A stretch of DNA of 64,000 bases from Planctomycetota bacterium (GCA_044222185.1 JBGANV010000006.1:256001-320000), one strand, 5' to 3'; positions 10,542 to 21,380 are shown, counted from the stretch's first letter. Notes: a model not told the origin generated them from the sequence alone. Program-made: numbers and translations.

Positions 10542-13457
10542 ATGTCGCACAGAACGCACACGCTCCGCCTCGGCGTGCTGCTCGCGGTCCTGACGTCCCT
10601 ACCGCTCTCCGCCCAAGCGCCCATGGCGGGCACCTACACGGTCGATTCGGCCCAGCCTGCCGGCACGACGAATTTCCCGACGCTGGCCTCCTGCGTCGCG
10701 GCGCTCACGTCGCGCGGCGTCAGCGCTCCCGTGACGGTCGACCTCATCCAGAACACGCCGGCCGACTTCACGACGTCGACACAATGGCGATTGCTCCAGA
10801 GCGCTGGCATCAACGCCTTCGGAGGCGCAGCGATCCTCGTGCTCGACCAGTTCCCAGGGGTTTCGGCCACGAATCGCGTGACGTTCCGCACGGGATCCCT
10901 CAGCCCGATCAGGCCCGTCGTGTTCGATTGCAGCGTGCACTCGGTCGGTGTCGGCGTGTTCTTCCAGGGCGCCGATTACGTGACGATCGAGGACATCGAG
11001 ATCAAGGGCGCGGCATACGACGGGATCATGCTCTATGGCGAAACGGGCATGTTCACGACGAACCTGGCGAACGCCGCCATGGACCACTGCTGGATTCGCC
11101 GCTGCCGCATCCACGATTGCGCCGGGACGGCGATCACCCTCTATGGCAATCCCTATCAGCCCGGGTTCACGCGCATAGAGAACAACTTCTTCTGGAACAA
11201 CATGAAGAACTGCGCGGGGCCGCTGACGAACTTCGGACGGTTCGGGCACATCTCCGGCAGGCGCAATCACGACGTGCAGATCGTCCACAATTCGTTCTAT
11301 CAGGACGTCACGATGCAGACGCTTCCGGGCGGTCTGACGCCGTGCATGATCGGTTCCAACAACTCGAGCGGTACCGCCTATGCCCTCTGCTCGGGTAACG
11401 CGTTCCAGATCGCAGGGTCCGGGACGACGGTCCCCGGGGGCTTCTATCGCTGGTACACGCAGGGTGCGATCACGAACGTCCCCTCGAGCGGCACCGGATA
11501 CGCCACGGGAACGCTTCTCGGCCACGGCCGCAACTTCTACTTCAACACGTCCGGCGGAACGACTTTCGCGATCGTCGGGTCGACGACGGTGGCGGATCTG
11601 CTCGGCTATCAAACGCTGACGACGCTCGACGCGAACTCGCAGGCGGTCGATCCCCAGTTCGCGGTGCCGTCGACGGGCAACCTGGACCTCGCGACCCAGG
11701 CGTCCCCCGCGGTCGATCAGGGAGTCACCGGACTCGGGATCACGGTCGACATCCATGGATCGCCGCGAATCGGCACCGCGCCCGACGTGGGCGCGATGGA
11801 AGCGCGGCCGCCGGTCCTCACCGCCAGTTTCGGAGCGAACGTCACGTCCGGGCAGTGCCCGCTGACGGTGAACTTCGCCGATCAATCGACGACCGGCGGA
11901 GGCCCCGCGGTCACCTCGTGGCAGTGGGCCTTCGACGGCGATGGGACCACACAGGCTACGACGTCGAATCCCACGTGGACGTTCACGCATACGGGGACCT
12001 ATTCAGTCAGTCTCGTGGTGTCGGACGGGACACAGACGGCCTCGCGGATCCGTACCAATTACATCGTCGTGTCGGACTCCACCGGACCGGTGTTCTCGGG
12101 ATGCCCCACGGGGCCGGTGCTTGCGCCAGCGAACCAGCCGAACTGCGCGGCCACCGTCACGTGGCCGCCGATCACGGCGAGCGATGGATGCGGGACCGTC
12201 ACGCTGACGTCGACGCATCAACCCGGCTCGCTGTTCCCACTCGGCACCACGCCCGTCACCTACACGGCTGTCGACAACCTCGCGCACGTCTCGACGTGCA
12301 CGTTCGACGTGACCGTGACGTCCGTGCAGCCGGCGATCGCAGTGCAGCCGCTCAATCGGCTTTTGTGCGTCGGTTCCACCGGCACGATCTCCGTGACGGC
12401 GGCCGCCGCAGGCCCTCCGCCCACCTACCAGTGGAAACGCGGGGGAGTGGCAATCCCGGGTGCGACGCAGTCCGTACTCACGATTTCCAACGCGACGACC
12501 GCCGACAGTGGTTCCTATACCGTGGTGCTCGACAACGGTTGCGGGACCATCACGAGCAACGCGGCGACCGTCTCCGTCCTCACCGGCCCGGTGATCACGC
12601 AAGGCCCGGTCAATGACATGCCGTGTGCAGGGACGCAGGTCATCCTCTCCGTCCAGGCGACCAGTCCTTCGCCGTTGTCGTATCAGTGGCGTCGCAACGG
12701 GGTCGTGATCGCGGGGTTGGACTCGCCGATACTCACGATCCCGAACGCGTTGGTCACGGACTCCGGGATCTTCGACGTCACGGTCAGCGACGTCTGCTCC
12801 TCGACCACGAGTCAGCCCGCGCTCATCCAGATCACTGCACCTCCGGCGATCGCAGCGCAGCCGCTTCCTGTGACGAGCTACCCGGGAGTGCCCGCGAGCA
12901 TCAGCGTCTCGGCCGCGAGTACCGTTCCAGTGACCTACCAGTGGCGGCAGAATGGGACGCCCATTCCGGGTGCAACCCAACCGGCGTACGTGATCGGGCG
13001 GTTGGTTCCGGCGGACGCCGGCATGTACGACGTGGTCGTCACGAACTCGTGTGGTTCGGTCACGAGCCAGGCCGTCCCGCTTTCGGTGACTCCGTTCACG
13101 CTCACGATCGATCAGCAACCCGGCCCTCACTCGGTCCACATCCATCACACGGGCGGGATCCCGTACATCGAGTACCTGTGCGCCGTCTCCTTCCACGCGG
13201 CGAATCAGACCCAGCCCGGGCAGGGACCCTGGTTCGGTCTCTTCATCGACCCAGGCGAACTCGTGACGGAGATCTTCGCCGCCGGACCTCCGTTCGTGGG
13301 ATTCCTCGACGCGAACGGAGACGCCGACTTCGCGACGCCTCCATTCACGATCACCCCCAATCTGTGGGGCACCCCGGTCTGGTGCGTCACGATCATGGGC
13401 GATTCGTTCTCGGCAGTCGTGTACGGCGCATCGAACATCGCCACGATGGCGCTGTGA
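10542..13457 (+). CDS. Large secreted multidomain protein: parallel beta-helix, PKD, HYR, three Ig-like repeats, C-terminal domain
   Basis: Signal peptide ending LSA-Q; beta-helix-type repeats; SPAVDQG...DIHGSPR...PDVGAME; PKD (SWQWAFDGDG...NPTWTF..TGTYSVSL); HYR (FPLGTTPVTYTAVD); three YQW...G..I.G...D.G.(Y/F).V.V Ig repeats. Confidence 0.9.
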   Translation: MSHRTHTLRLGVLLAVLTSLPLSAQAPMAGTYTVDSAQPAGTTNFPTLASCVAALTSRGVSAPVTVDLIQNTPADFTTSTQWRLLQSAGINAFGGAAILVLDQFPGVSATNRVTFRTGSLSPIRPVVFDCSVHSVGVGVFFQGADYVTIEDIEIKGAAYDGIMLYGETGMFTTNLANAAMDHCWIRRCRIHDCAGTAITLYGNPYQPGFTRIENNFFWNNMKNCAGPLTNFGRFGHISGRRNHDVQIVHNSFYQDVTMQTLPGGLTPCMIGSNNSSGTAYALCSGNAFQIAGSGTTVPGGFYRWYTQGAITNVPSSGTGYATGTLLGHGRNFYFNTSGGTTFAIVGSTTVADLLGYQTLTTLDANSQAVDPQFAVPSTGNLDLATQASPAVDQGVTGLGITVDIHGSPRIGTAPDVGAMEARPPVLTASFGANVTSGQCPLTVNFADQSTTGGGPAVTSWQWAFDGDGTTQATTSNPTWTFTHTGTYSVSLVVSDGTQTASRIRTNYIVVSDSTGPVFSGCPTGPVLAPANQPNCAATVTWPPITASDGCGTVTLTSTHQPGSLFPLGTTPVTYTAVDNLAHVSTCTFDVTVTSVQPAIAVQPLNRLLCVGSTGTISVTAAAAGPPPTYQWKRGGVAIPGATQSVLTISNATTADSGSYTVVLDNGCGTITSNAATVSVLTGPVITQGPVNDMPCAGTQVILSVQATSPSPLSYQWRRNGVVIAGLDSPILTIPNALVTDSGIFDVTVSDVCSSTTSQPALIQITAPPAIAAQPLPVTSYPGVPASISVSAASTVPVTYQWRQNGTPIPGATQPAYVIGRLVPADAGMYDVVVTNSCGSVTSQAVPLSVTPFTLTIDQQPGPHSVHIHHTGGIPYIEYLCAVSFHAANQTQPGQGPWFGLFIDPGELVTEIFAAGPPFVGFLDANGDADFATPPFTITPNLWGTPVWCVTIMGDSFSAVVYGASNIATMAL

Positions 13458-13568
13458 CCGGCGTGCAGGACGCGGGTATGCCGCGTCTCGCGGAGATCAC
13501 CGGCTTCGGGTACGCTTTGCGGCCCCGTGAGCGGCGGTCGCCGGCTCCGCGGGATGCGAGGTCACGCG

Positions 13569-14624
13569 ATGCCACGTCCCGTCACGTTGTTCACCGGCCA
13601 GTGGGCGGATCTGCCGATCGAGCAGCTCTGCAAGAAGGCGAAGGCGTTCGGCTTCGACGGACTGGAGCTGGCCTGCTGGGGTGACCATTTCGACGTCCCG
13701 CGGGCGCTCGCCGACCCGGCGTGGATCAAGCGGCAGTGGGACGTCCTGCAGTCGCACGGGCTCGACTGCTTCGCGATCTCCAATCACCTCGTCGGCCAGG
13801 CCGTCTGCGATCGGATCGACGAGCGGCACAAGGCGATCTTGCCGGATCGGATCTGGGGCGACGGCTCGCCCGAGGCCGTGCGCCAGCGTGCGGCCGCCGA
13901 AATGAAGGACACGGCTCGCGCGGCCCGCAAGTTCTTCGACGCGGCTCCGCCCCGAGTGAAGGACGTCCTGCGGCGCACCGGTCGCACCGTCGTCGTCGGG
14001 TTCACCGGCAGCAGCATCTGGCCTCTGCTCTATTCGTTCCCACCGAATCGCCCAGGGCAGATCGACGCCGGGTTCGAGGATTTCGGCCGGCGCTGGGGAG
14101 ACATCCTCGCCACGTTCGATTCCGTCGGCGTCAGCTTCGCGCTCGAGGTCCATCCCACCGAGATCGCGTTCGACATCGCGTCGACACGCCGCGCGCTCGA
14201 TGCCATCGGCAACCACCCGCGGTTCGGCTTCAACTTCGACCCGTCGCACTTCGGTTACCAGGGCGTCGATTACCTGGGCTTCCTCCGTGAATTCGGGACG
14301 CGCGTCTTCAACGTTCACGTGAAGGACGTGTGGTGGTCGGATCGACCCATGGAGATCGGGGTGTTCGGCGGGCACCAGGAGTTCGGAGTCGACGGCCGGT
14401 TCTGGGACTTCCGCTCTCCGGGCCGCGGACGCATCGATTTCGAGGGCATCATTCGCCTGCTCAACCACGCGCGTTACGAAGGGCCACTGTCCGTCGAATG
14501 GGAAGACCCCATGATGGATCGCGAATTCGGCGCGACGGACTCCGTGCAGTTCGTGCGCGCCTTGGATTTCCCCAGATCCGGACGGGCATTCGACGCCGCG
14601 TTCTCGGAAGGGAAGAGCACATAG
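13569..14624 (+). CDS. Sugar phosphate isomerase/epimerase (TIM barrel)
   Basis: [53 protein letters not shown]. Confidence 0.92.
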   Translation: MPRPVTLFTGQWADLPIEQLCKKAKAFGFDGLELACWGDHFDVPRALADPAWIKRQWDVLQSHGLDCFAISNHLVGQAVCDRIDERHKAILPDRIWGDGSPEAVRQRAAAEMKDTARAARKFFDAAPPRVKDVLRRTGRTVVVGFTGSSIWPLLYSFPPNRPGQIDAGFEDFGRRWGDILATFDSVGVSFALEVHPTEIAFDIASTRRALDAIGNHPRFGFNFDPSHFGYQGVDYLGFLREFGTRVFNVHVKDVWWSDRPMEIGVFGGHQEFGVDGRFWDFRSPGRGRIDFEGIIRLLNHARYEGPLSVEWEDPMMDREFGATDSVQFVRALDFPRSGRAFDAAFSEGKST

Positions 14625-14704
14625 GTCCGCGGGTTCGCTGGAACGACTCGCCGGCCGCGACGCGGGACCAAGGACGCGCCACGCAACGAAAGATGGAATC
14701 GCGC

Positions 14705-16006
14705 ATGCAACGATCACCGACCGTTCGCCTCTCGATCATGATGTTCCTGCAGTACGCCGTGTGGGGGGCGTGGCTTCCGACGGCCGGCCTGTATCTCACG
14801 TCGCCCAAGGCGTCGGGGGGACTTGGATTCGAGCAGGGCGACCTGGGGATGATCCTGGGGATTGCAGGGGCGATCGGGGCCATCGCCGCGCCTTTCATCG
14901 CAGGACAGTTCGCCGACCGGTACTTCGCGACCGAGCGGTTCATGGCCGTCGTCCTGGCTCTCGGTGGCGTCGTGAACTGGGTCCTCGCGTCCCAGACCTC
15001 GGTGTCGTCGTGGCTGTGGCTGTCGGTCGTCTACAGCGTCCTCTACATGCCGACGCTGGCGCTGTCGAACTCGATGGCCTTCGCCAATCTGACGGACTCG
15101 GAGCGGGACTTCCCCAAGGTCCGCATCTGGGGAACGATCGGCTGGATCGCAGCGAGCTGGGCATTCCCCATGATCTGGATGCAGACGGGGCTCCACGGCC
15201 AGGCCCTGCCGCCGTTCATCAAAGGCGTCGATCGCCCGGACGCGATCGCGCAGATCGCCAACTCGCTTCGCTTCTCGGGCGGCCTGGCCCTGTTCTATGC
15301 CGTGTTCTGTCTGGCGCTCCCACACACTCCGCCCAAGCGCGACGCCGTCGAGCCGTTGGCGTTCAAGCGAGCCTTGGGGTTGCTCGCGCGCCCGTCGTTC
15401 GCGGTCCTCGTCGCGACGAGTCTCCTCATCAGCGTCATCCACAACATCTACTTCATGCAGACGAGCTCGTTCCTCCCGACGCTCGGCCTGGACAAGGGCA
15501 CCGTCGGACCGGCGATGACGATCGGGCAGTTCGCGGAGATCGGCGTCATGGCGCTGCTGGGGATGATGCTCAAGCGGCTCGGAGCGAAGGGGGTCATCGC
15601 GATCGGGATCGGTGCCTACGTCCTGCGCTACGCGATCTGGTCGCAGACCTCGTTGCCGATGGAGATCCTCGTCGCCAGCCAAGCGCTGCACGGCGTGTGC
15701 TACGCGTGCTTCTTCGCTGCCGCGTACATCTACGTCGACCGCATCGCGCCGGTGGACGTGCGACACTCCGCGCAAACCGTGTTCGGCATCCTCATTCTGG
15801 GTGCGGGCCCCGTCGTCGGTGGCTGGTTGAATGGCAAGCTCGCGGGCCAGTATCCGGCTGCGGGTGTCGAGGGTGCAACGCAGGCCATCGATTACTCACC
15901 GTTCTGGCTCTTTCTCGCGGGGATTGCTGCCTTCGCGTTCCTGTTCTTCCTCCTCCTTTTTCGCGACGAATCGCAGCCCGCTTCCGACACGTCCGCGCCT
16001 GCGTGA
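14705..16006 (+). CDS. MFS nucleoside:H+ symporter family (NupG/YegT-like) transporter
   Basis: RLSIMMFLQYAVWGAW, ADRYF, YMPTLAL, FPKVRIWGTIGWI, LPHTPP, GQFAEI, LHGVCY. Start may be at 14693. Confidence 0.92.
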   Translation: MQRSPTVRLSIMMFLQYAVWGAWLPTAGLYLTSPKASGGLGFEQGDLGMILGIAGAIGAIAAPFIAGQFADRYFATERFMAVVLALGGVVNWVLASQTSVSSWLWLSVVYSVLYMPTLALSNSMAFANLTDSERDFPKVRIWGTIGWIAASWAFPMIWMQTGLHGQALPPFIKGVDRPDAIAQIANSLRFSGGLALFYAVFCLALPHTPPKRDAVEPLAFKRALGLLARPSFAVLVATSLLISVIHNIYFMQTSSFLPTLGLDKGTVGPAMTIGQFAEIGVMALLGMMLKRLGAKGVIAIGIGAYVLRYAIWSQTSLPMEILVASQALHGVCYACFFAAAYIYVDRIAPVDVRHSAQTVFGILILGAGPVVGGWLNGKLAGQYPAAGVEGATQAIDYSPFWLFLAGIAAFAFLFFLLLFRDESQPASDTSAPA

Positions 16007-16206
16007 ATCCGACCGCGGACGTCGGGTTTCTCGCGGCCCTGCGCGCCGCAGCGGTTCGGAATCACATCCTGGAAGAACGCCGCGACGTGCGCCGTCCAAG
16101 CACGTCGATACCTTCAAGACACATTCCGTGATTCGCCGATGATGCGGGAACCAGGCAATGGTTTCACGGCTGTGGCGCGGCTCCGTCGCCACGGGAGGCG
16201 GTCACG

Positions 16207-17331
16207 ATGTTCACGTTCTTTCGACGACTGAAGGATTCTTGCGACGTCCTGCGCCTTCGACGAAAGGCGCGTCGCAATCCGGCGCCGAGGACCGTGATCG
16301 ACCTCTGCCGCGGCCTCGACCGCGCAGGACGTGGCGCCGAAGCGCTCGACGTGGCGCGGATGGGTGCGGCGAGATTCCCGCATTCCATCGAGCTCGAAGA
16401 CGTCCTACGCGAGGCTTGGGCCCGTCACGGGGCGGTTGCCGTCGCCATCCTGAAGGCCAAGGCGCAGACGATGCCGACGACGGCGGCCTTCGAGGTCCTC
16501 GTGCGCGCCGAGATCGACGCGGGTCTCGTGGAAGACGCGATCGCCGACGCGGTGCGGATGGTCGAACAGTTTCCCGATCAGGCACGATCGCACGCCATGG
16601 TCGGCTTCGCCTTCCAGGCCCGCTTCCGGCGGGAGCATCTGTCGAAAGACGGTGAGCGTGCGCTCGCGGCGTTCAAGCGGGCGACGGAGATGGATCGCAC
16701 GTCGTTCGAGGCGCGCCGAGCCCTCGCCGCCGCGTACGCTCACATCGGCGCGACGAGCCAGGCCATGTTCCACCTGCTGCTCGCGCTCGAGCAGCGTTCG
16801 ACGGACCCCGAATTGCGCGCGCTGTTCCTCCAACTCAAAGGCAAGCCGTTCGAGAGGCGGCCGGAAAACGAGCTCCTCTGGGAAGCCGAGGTGCTCGACG
16901 AGTCGCGATTGGATCATCGCAGTCTCGCACTCGACGCGGAGCAGCTGTCGGAGGTCACGAGCTGCATCGCGAAGACGACCGCGATCGACGGCGTGAAGAG
17001 CATCGCTCTGTGCCACCACAAGCTCGAGATCGTCGCCGACGCGCGACACGCGCCGCGCAGGGTGGACGGGCGAGGTGACCGCCACGTCGAGATGGCGCAC
17101 ACGTTGCGCCAGGCCGCATCGACGGCGGCGAAGCGACTCGGATTCGGAGCCTTCCACGAACTCGACATGACGATGCAGGGACGCCGACTCGTAGCGCTTG
17201 GTGCCGGCCCGACCGTCGTCATGCTCGAACTCGATCCGCGCGCTGCGGCGGATGCCGTCATCGATGGCATGCGGGACGACCTGGGACGGTGGACTGCGGA
17301 TGCGCACCGGGCCATGGAATGGGGCCGCTGA
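16207..17331 (+). CDS. TPR-repeat protein with C-terminal Roadblock/LC7 (MglB-like) domain
   Basis: TPR-like helices (ALAAFKRATEMDRTSFEARRALAAAY); C-terminal pattern DGVKSIAL...AAKRLGFGAFHELDMTMQGRRLVALGAGPTVVMLEL matches the Roadblock fold pattern. Confidence 0.65.
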   Translation: MFTFFRRLKDSCDVLRLRRKARRNPAPRTVIDLCRGLDRAGRGAEALDVARMGAARFPHSIELEDVLREAWARHGAVAVAILKAKAQTMPTTAAFEVLVRAEIDAGLVEDAIADAVRMVEQFPDQARSHAMVGFAFQARFRREHLSKDGERALAAFKRATEMDRTSFEARRALAAAYAHIGATSQAMFHLLLALEQRSTDPELRALFLQLKGKPFERRPENELLWEAEVLDESRLDHRSLALDAEQLSEVTSCIAKTTAIDGVKSIALCHHKLEIVADARHAPRRVDGRGDRHVEMAHTLRQAASTAAKRLGFGAFHELDMTMQGRRLVALGAGPTVVMLELDPRAAADAVIDGMRDDLGRWTADAHRAMEWGR

Positions 17332-17505
17332 AAGTCCGATGACGTCGATCCTCCCGTCGCGCCAGGCGCGCTGACGAGCCCGTCTGCAACTCCTTCGGCG
17401 GCAGCGCCGACCGCGGATTGGAAAAAACCCGCGAGTGCCCCGACACCGCTGCCCGATCCGCGCACTTCACACACCGTTGGCGCGGCGCCGCAGCGCAGAA
17501 TCCTC

Positions 17506-17534
17506 TTGCACTTTCCGGAGGCCCTCCCTACGCT
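17506..17534 (+). promoter_or_regulatory. Putative sigma70-type promoter for the secreted paralogue pair
   Basis: TTGCAC-N17-TACGCT in the intergenic region, about 170 nt before the ATG at 17707. Confidence 0.5.
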
Positions 17535-17706
17535 CACGCCAAGTCCCGCGGGAATCACGTCGTCGTGAGCGCCGCGGCGTTGGCCTGCTGCGTGCAGGCG
17601 GTGAAGCGTGCGTCGTTCTCCCGGTGAAGCGTTCGATCGATCGACCGTCGTGTGCCCCGCCATCGGCGTGCCGATCGACGTCCATGAGGAGCGTCGAGAC
17701 AGCAAC

Positions 17707-19434
17707 ATGAAGCGTCACACATCATTTGCCGTTGTCGCGATCGTCGTCGGATTCCTACTCCCGACATCCGCCCTCGCCCAGGTGCAGTGCTCACAGACGC
17801 TGCCGAACGGATACATGAACGTGGACGGACCCACGTTCCTCGGGAACCCGTTCAACTCGACCTCGGCCCAGAAGTGGCAATGGGTGTACGACTCCTCGCA
17901 CTTCCTCGCGCAGGGGCCAATCACCATCACGGATATCGCGGTGCGCCCCACGTCACCCACGGTGACAGCAGCCGCGACGACGTTCTCGAGCTTCAAGGTC
18001 CGGCTGGGATCGAGCCCGAACAACTACACGCTCGCCTCGCAGAGCGCCACGTTCGCGAACAACCTCACGACCAACCAGGTGCTCGCCTACAACGGCGTTT
18101 GGAGTACGGGAGTGATCACGGCATCGGCGGGAACGACGGCCAACTGGATCCAGTTCGGCCTCACGACGCCGTTCACGTTCAACCCCGGCTTGGGACAGGA
18201 CCTCGTCGTCCAGGTCGAGAAGTGCTCGAGCGCTTCGGCGCAATTCCAGCTCGATGCCATCAGCGGGGCCTCGGGGACGGTCGGCGGCAACTCCTACGGA
18301 AACACCTCGGCATGCACCGCGGCGTCGCGCAGCACGTCCTACAACGAAACGTGCCCGATCATCAAAGTCGACTACTCGCAGAACCTGACGCCGAATTGGC
18401 AGCTCAATTCGCCCCAGTGCGACATGAACATCAACGGCGTGCAGAATTCCGCGTGCTCGGGTGGTCCCATTGCCGTGAACATCTGCCCCGGCCAGTCCGG
18501 CACGGTGAACCTCTCGACGTCGTTGACGTTCCCGCCGTTCGACCTGCTGGTGACGTTGGGGCAGCCGGTTCCGTTGGGCGGCGGTGGATTCACGACGACG
18601 CACGGCCAGATCGTCAACATGAACCTCGCGGATCCGACGCTGTTCCTGCTGAACGGTGGGGCGTTCCAGCCGCTCCCAAGCTTCTCGTTGCCGGTGACCC
18701 TGGCGGCCGTCGGCGGGTTCTCCGCGCAGATGATCGTTCTCGATGCGACCCATCCGGACTCCTTCCGTCTGTCCGCGGCGAATCGCCTCGCCGCAGTGGC
18801 CCCGTTCGTCGCGGGCCCCGTTGGTGACGACACCTACGTCTCCGTCGTGACGGGCGGACCGGCCGTCTGCGGGCCAGCGTCGTTCACCTACTACGGCGTC
18901 GCGTACACCACCGTCAACGTCCAGTCGAACGGACGGCTGATGTGGGGTGGCGCCGGGATCACGAACGACATCACGCCCAGCAACACGTTGGCGCTCACCC
19001 AGAATCCGGCTGCGGGCGCGTGGGTCGACCTGTCGCCGCCGGCTGGCGGTTTGATCACGATCAACTCGCCCGGTCCCGGGCTGTTGCGTGCGAGCTGGTC
19101 GAGTGTGCCGTACTTCAATCAGCAGGCACTCGTGACGAACTGGTACATCGAGCTCGATGCGACGACCGGTGCGATCACGATCTCGGGACTCGCGAACTTC
19201 CCCGTGCACCCGACGGCCGCGAACATGTGGCTCGGCGTGAGCGCAGGCCAGTTCGGGCCGGCGACCGATGGTGGCGCGATCACCTATGCGCTCGGCGGCC
19301 CCACGGCGGGCCCACCGGGGCTGCTCGACATGGTCTATGCCTACGGACCGACGGGCACACTCACCCCGGGTATCAACACGCTCATCTTCACGCCCAACGG
19401 GTTGGGCAACTACAACTACACGGCGCTGCCGTGA
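17707..19434 (+). CDS. Secreted three-domain beta-rich surface protein (paralogue A)
   Basis: Signal peptide ending ALA-Q; Thr/Ser/Gly/Asn-rich; collinear motifs with the next gene (LP.GY, DSS.F...GP, WQ.N, GDD, SNGR.M, W..VPYF). Confidence 0.88.
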   Translation: MKRHTSFAVVAIVVGFLLPTSALAQVQCSQTLPNGYMNVDGPTFLGNPFNSTSAQKWQWVYDSSHFLAQGPITITDIAVRPTSPTVTAAATTFSSFKVRLGSSPNNYTLASQSATFANNLTTNQVLAYNGVWSTGVITASAGTTANWIQFGLTTPFTFNPGLGQDLVVQVEKCSSASAQFQLDAISGASGTVGGNSYGNTSACTAASRSTSYNETCPIIKVDYSQNLTPNWQLNSPQCDMNINGVQNSACSGGPIAVNICPGQSGTVNLSTSLTFPPFDLLVTLGQPVPLGGGGFTTTHGQIVNMNLADPTLFLLNGGAFQPLPSFSLPVTLAAVGGFSAQMIVLDATHPDSFRLSAANRLAAVAPFVAGPVGDDTYVSVVTGGPAVCGPASFTYYGVAYTTVNVQSNGRLMWGGAGITNDITPSNTLALTQNPAAGAWVDLSPPAGGLITINSPGPGLLRASWSSVPYFNQQALVTNWYIELDATTGAITISGLANFPVHPTAANMWLGVSAGQFGPATDGGAITYALGGPTAGPPGLLDMVYAYGPTGTLTPGINTLIFTPNGLGNYNYTALP

Positions 19435-19599
19435 GACGCTTCGGCCGCGAGGTTCGCGGCCGGTGGTTCCCATAACGGAGTGCTTTTGCTTTTGGTGTTT
19501 CCTGCGCAGTGGCGTGATGGCCGGCAACATGGATCCCCATCCAGTTGGCGTGTCGCAACGGCTCGCAGGTTTGTGAGATGTGTGGAGGTCAACAGGATC

Positions 19600-21360
19600 A
19601 TGAAGGTTCAGAATTTGGCGCTCGTTGCCGTCGCGACCCTCGCGGTTGCCGGCGGAGTCTTCGGACAGTGCGTCGAGCAGAGTCTGCCGGCGGGGTATGA
19701 GACGTACACCGCGAACTACATCACGGGGACGCCGTTCGGCGGCACGGCCGATCAGCACGTGCAGTTCATCTGCGATTCGTCAGAGTTCGCGGCCAGCGGC
19801 CCGGTCGTGATCAAGGAGGTCTACGTCCGCGTGTTCGATGCGAACACGGGCGGTTTCTATCCGAGCGTCGAAGTGAGCCTCGCTTCGGCCGTGAACGACT
19901 ACGACAACACGGCGGCGAACATGCTCAGTTTCGCGGGCAACATGGGGCCCGACCTGACGCTGGTCCGCCCGGCGGCAGCGTTCAACCCTGGTCCGCAGCC
20001 CGGCCAGCGTTTCGTTCCGCTCGGGATCCAGAACACCTTCATCTACAACCCGACGCTCGGCAACGACTTCCTCGTCGACATCAAGCGTTGCGGCGCCGGC
20101 ACTCCGTGGACGCACCCGACGTTCGCCGGCAACGTCCTCGACGCGAAGGGCCCGACGACTCCGATCCGCATGCGCCGCTACAGCCTCACGGCGACGACGG
20201 CCTGCACGACGGGCTTGGCTCCGACGACGAACCAGAGCGACTTCTGCGCCGTCCTCCTCGTCTCCTACTACCCGGTCGGCAGCCCGCAGGCCGAGTGGCA
20301 GGTCAACACGGCGAACGCCAGCTTCGACCTCGATGGCAACGGCTTCAACCGTCCCTGCGGCGGCGCCATCGACGTGACCCGGTACTCGAACCAGCCGATC
20401 AATGCGAACCTCAACAGCGCGCTCCTCGGCAACCCGTGGGATCTGGCGTTCGGGTTCGGCTTCGGCGTCCCGGCCAGCGCCGGCGGATTCACGCTCGCGA
20501 ACGGCGATGTGGTGAACGTCGACCTGCTCTCGGCCCCGAGCTTCCTGCTCGGCCTCACATTTGCCGTCCCGTTCTCGGCGACGACCTTGCCTTTCGCCCT
20601 CCCGGCGCCGATCACGCTCGACCTCTATGCGCAGATGGTGATGCTGAACCCGGCAACGGCCGGCGGATTCAATCTCAGCGCCCTCACGCAGCTCCACCTG
20701 CAACCGTCGCAGGCAGTGTTCCCGGGACCGGCCGGCGATGACGAAGCGCTGAGCGTTCCGCTCTGGGCCGTCGGTGGCGCTCCGCTGTCGATCCCGTTCT
20801 ATGGCGTGAACTACAACACGTTCAACTTGATCTCGAACGGCCGCATCATGTTCGGCACGCCGAACACGAACTGCTGCCCGGGCACGACGCAGGCGACTGC
20901 GGCGACGGCCGCGCTCGCGGATTCGGCGTTCGCTGCCGTCGCGTGGTGTGACATGAACCCGTCGATCGGCGGGAACATCACGGTGACGAGCCCGGGTGCG
21001 GGCCAGGTTGCCGCGCACTGGTCGAACGTTCCGTACTTCGGGAACCCGACGACGTCGAACACGTTCGACCTCATCGTGGATGCCGTGGCGAACACCGTGC
21101 AGTTCAACTACACGGCGTTGCAGGCGTTCCCGTCGGCCCCGAGCACCTCGCCAGAGCAGTTCATCGGCGTGTCGGCCGGTGTGGGCGTGGCGACGGACCA
21201 GGGCGCGACCACGTTCGCCGTCGGCGGACCGATCACCGGCCCGGCCAACAACGGCATGGTCTATCAGTGGGCGGTGAACGGCCCGACGATCACCGGCATC
21301 CAGTCGATCATCTTCACGTGGAACACCGTGTCGAATCAGTACGACTGGGTTGCGTTCTGA
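19600..21360 (+). CDS. Secreted three-domain beta-rich surface protein (paralogue B)
   Basis: Signal peptide MKVQNLALVAVATLAVAGGVFG-Q; same architecture as 17707-19434; ends in an aromatic residue (YDWVAF). Confidence 0.88.
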   Translation: MKVQNLALVAVATLAVAGGVFGQCVEQSLPAGYETYTANYITGTPFGGTADQHVQFICDSSEFAASGPVVIKEVYVRVFDANTGGFYPSVEVSLASAVNDYDNTAANMLSFAGNMGPDLTLVRPAAAFNPGPQPGQRFVPLGIQNTFIYNPTLGNDFLVDIKRCGAGTPWTHPTFAGNVLDAKGPTTPIRMRRYSLTATTACTTGLAPTTNQSDFCAVLLVSYYPVGSPQAEWQVNTANASFDLDGNGFNRPCGGAIDVTRYSNQPINANLNSALLGNPWDLAFGFGFGVPASAGGFTLANGDVVNVDLLSAPSFLLGLTFAVPFSATTLPFALPAPITLDLYAQMVMLNPATAGGFNLSALTQLHLQPSQAVFPGPAGDDEALSVPLWAVGGAPLSIPFYGVNYNTFNLISNGRIMFGTPNTNCCPGTTQATAATAALADSAFAAVAWCDMNPSIGGNITVTSPGAGQVAAHWSNVPYFGNPTTSNTFDLIVDAVANTVQFNYTALQAFPSAPSTSPEQFIGVSAGVGVATDQGATTFAVGGPITGPANNGMVYQWAVNGPTITGIQSIIFTWNTVSNQYDWVAF

Positions 21361-21380
21361 TCTGAACTGATCGCGGTTGG

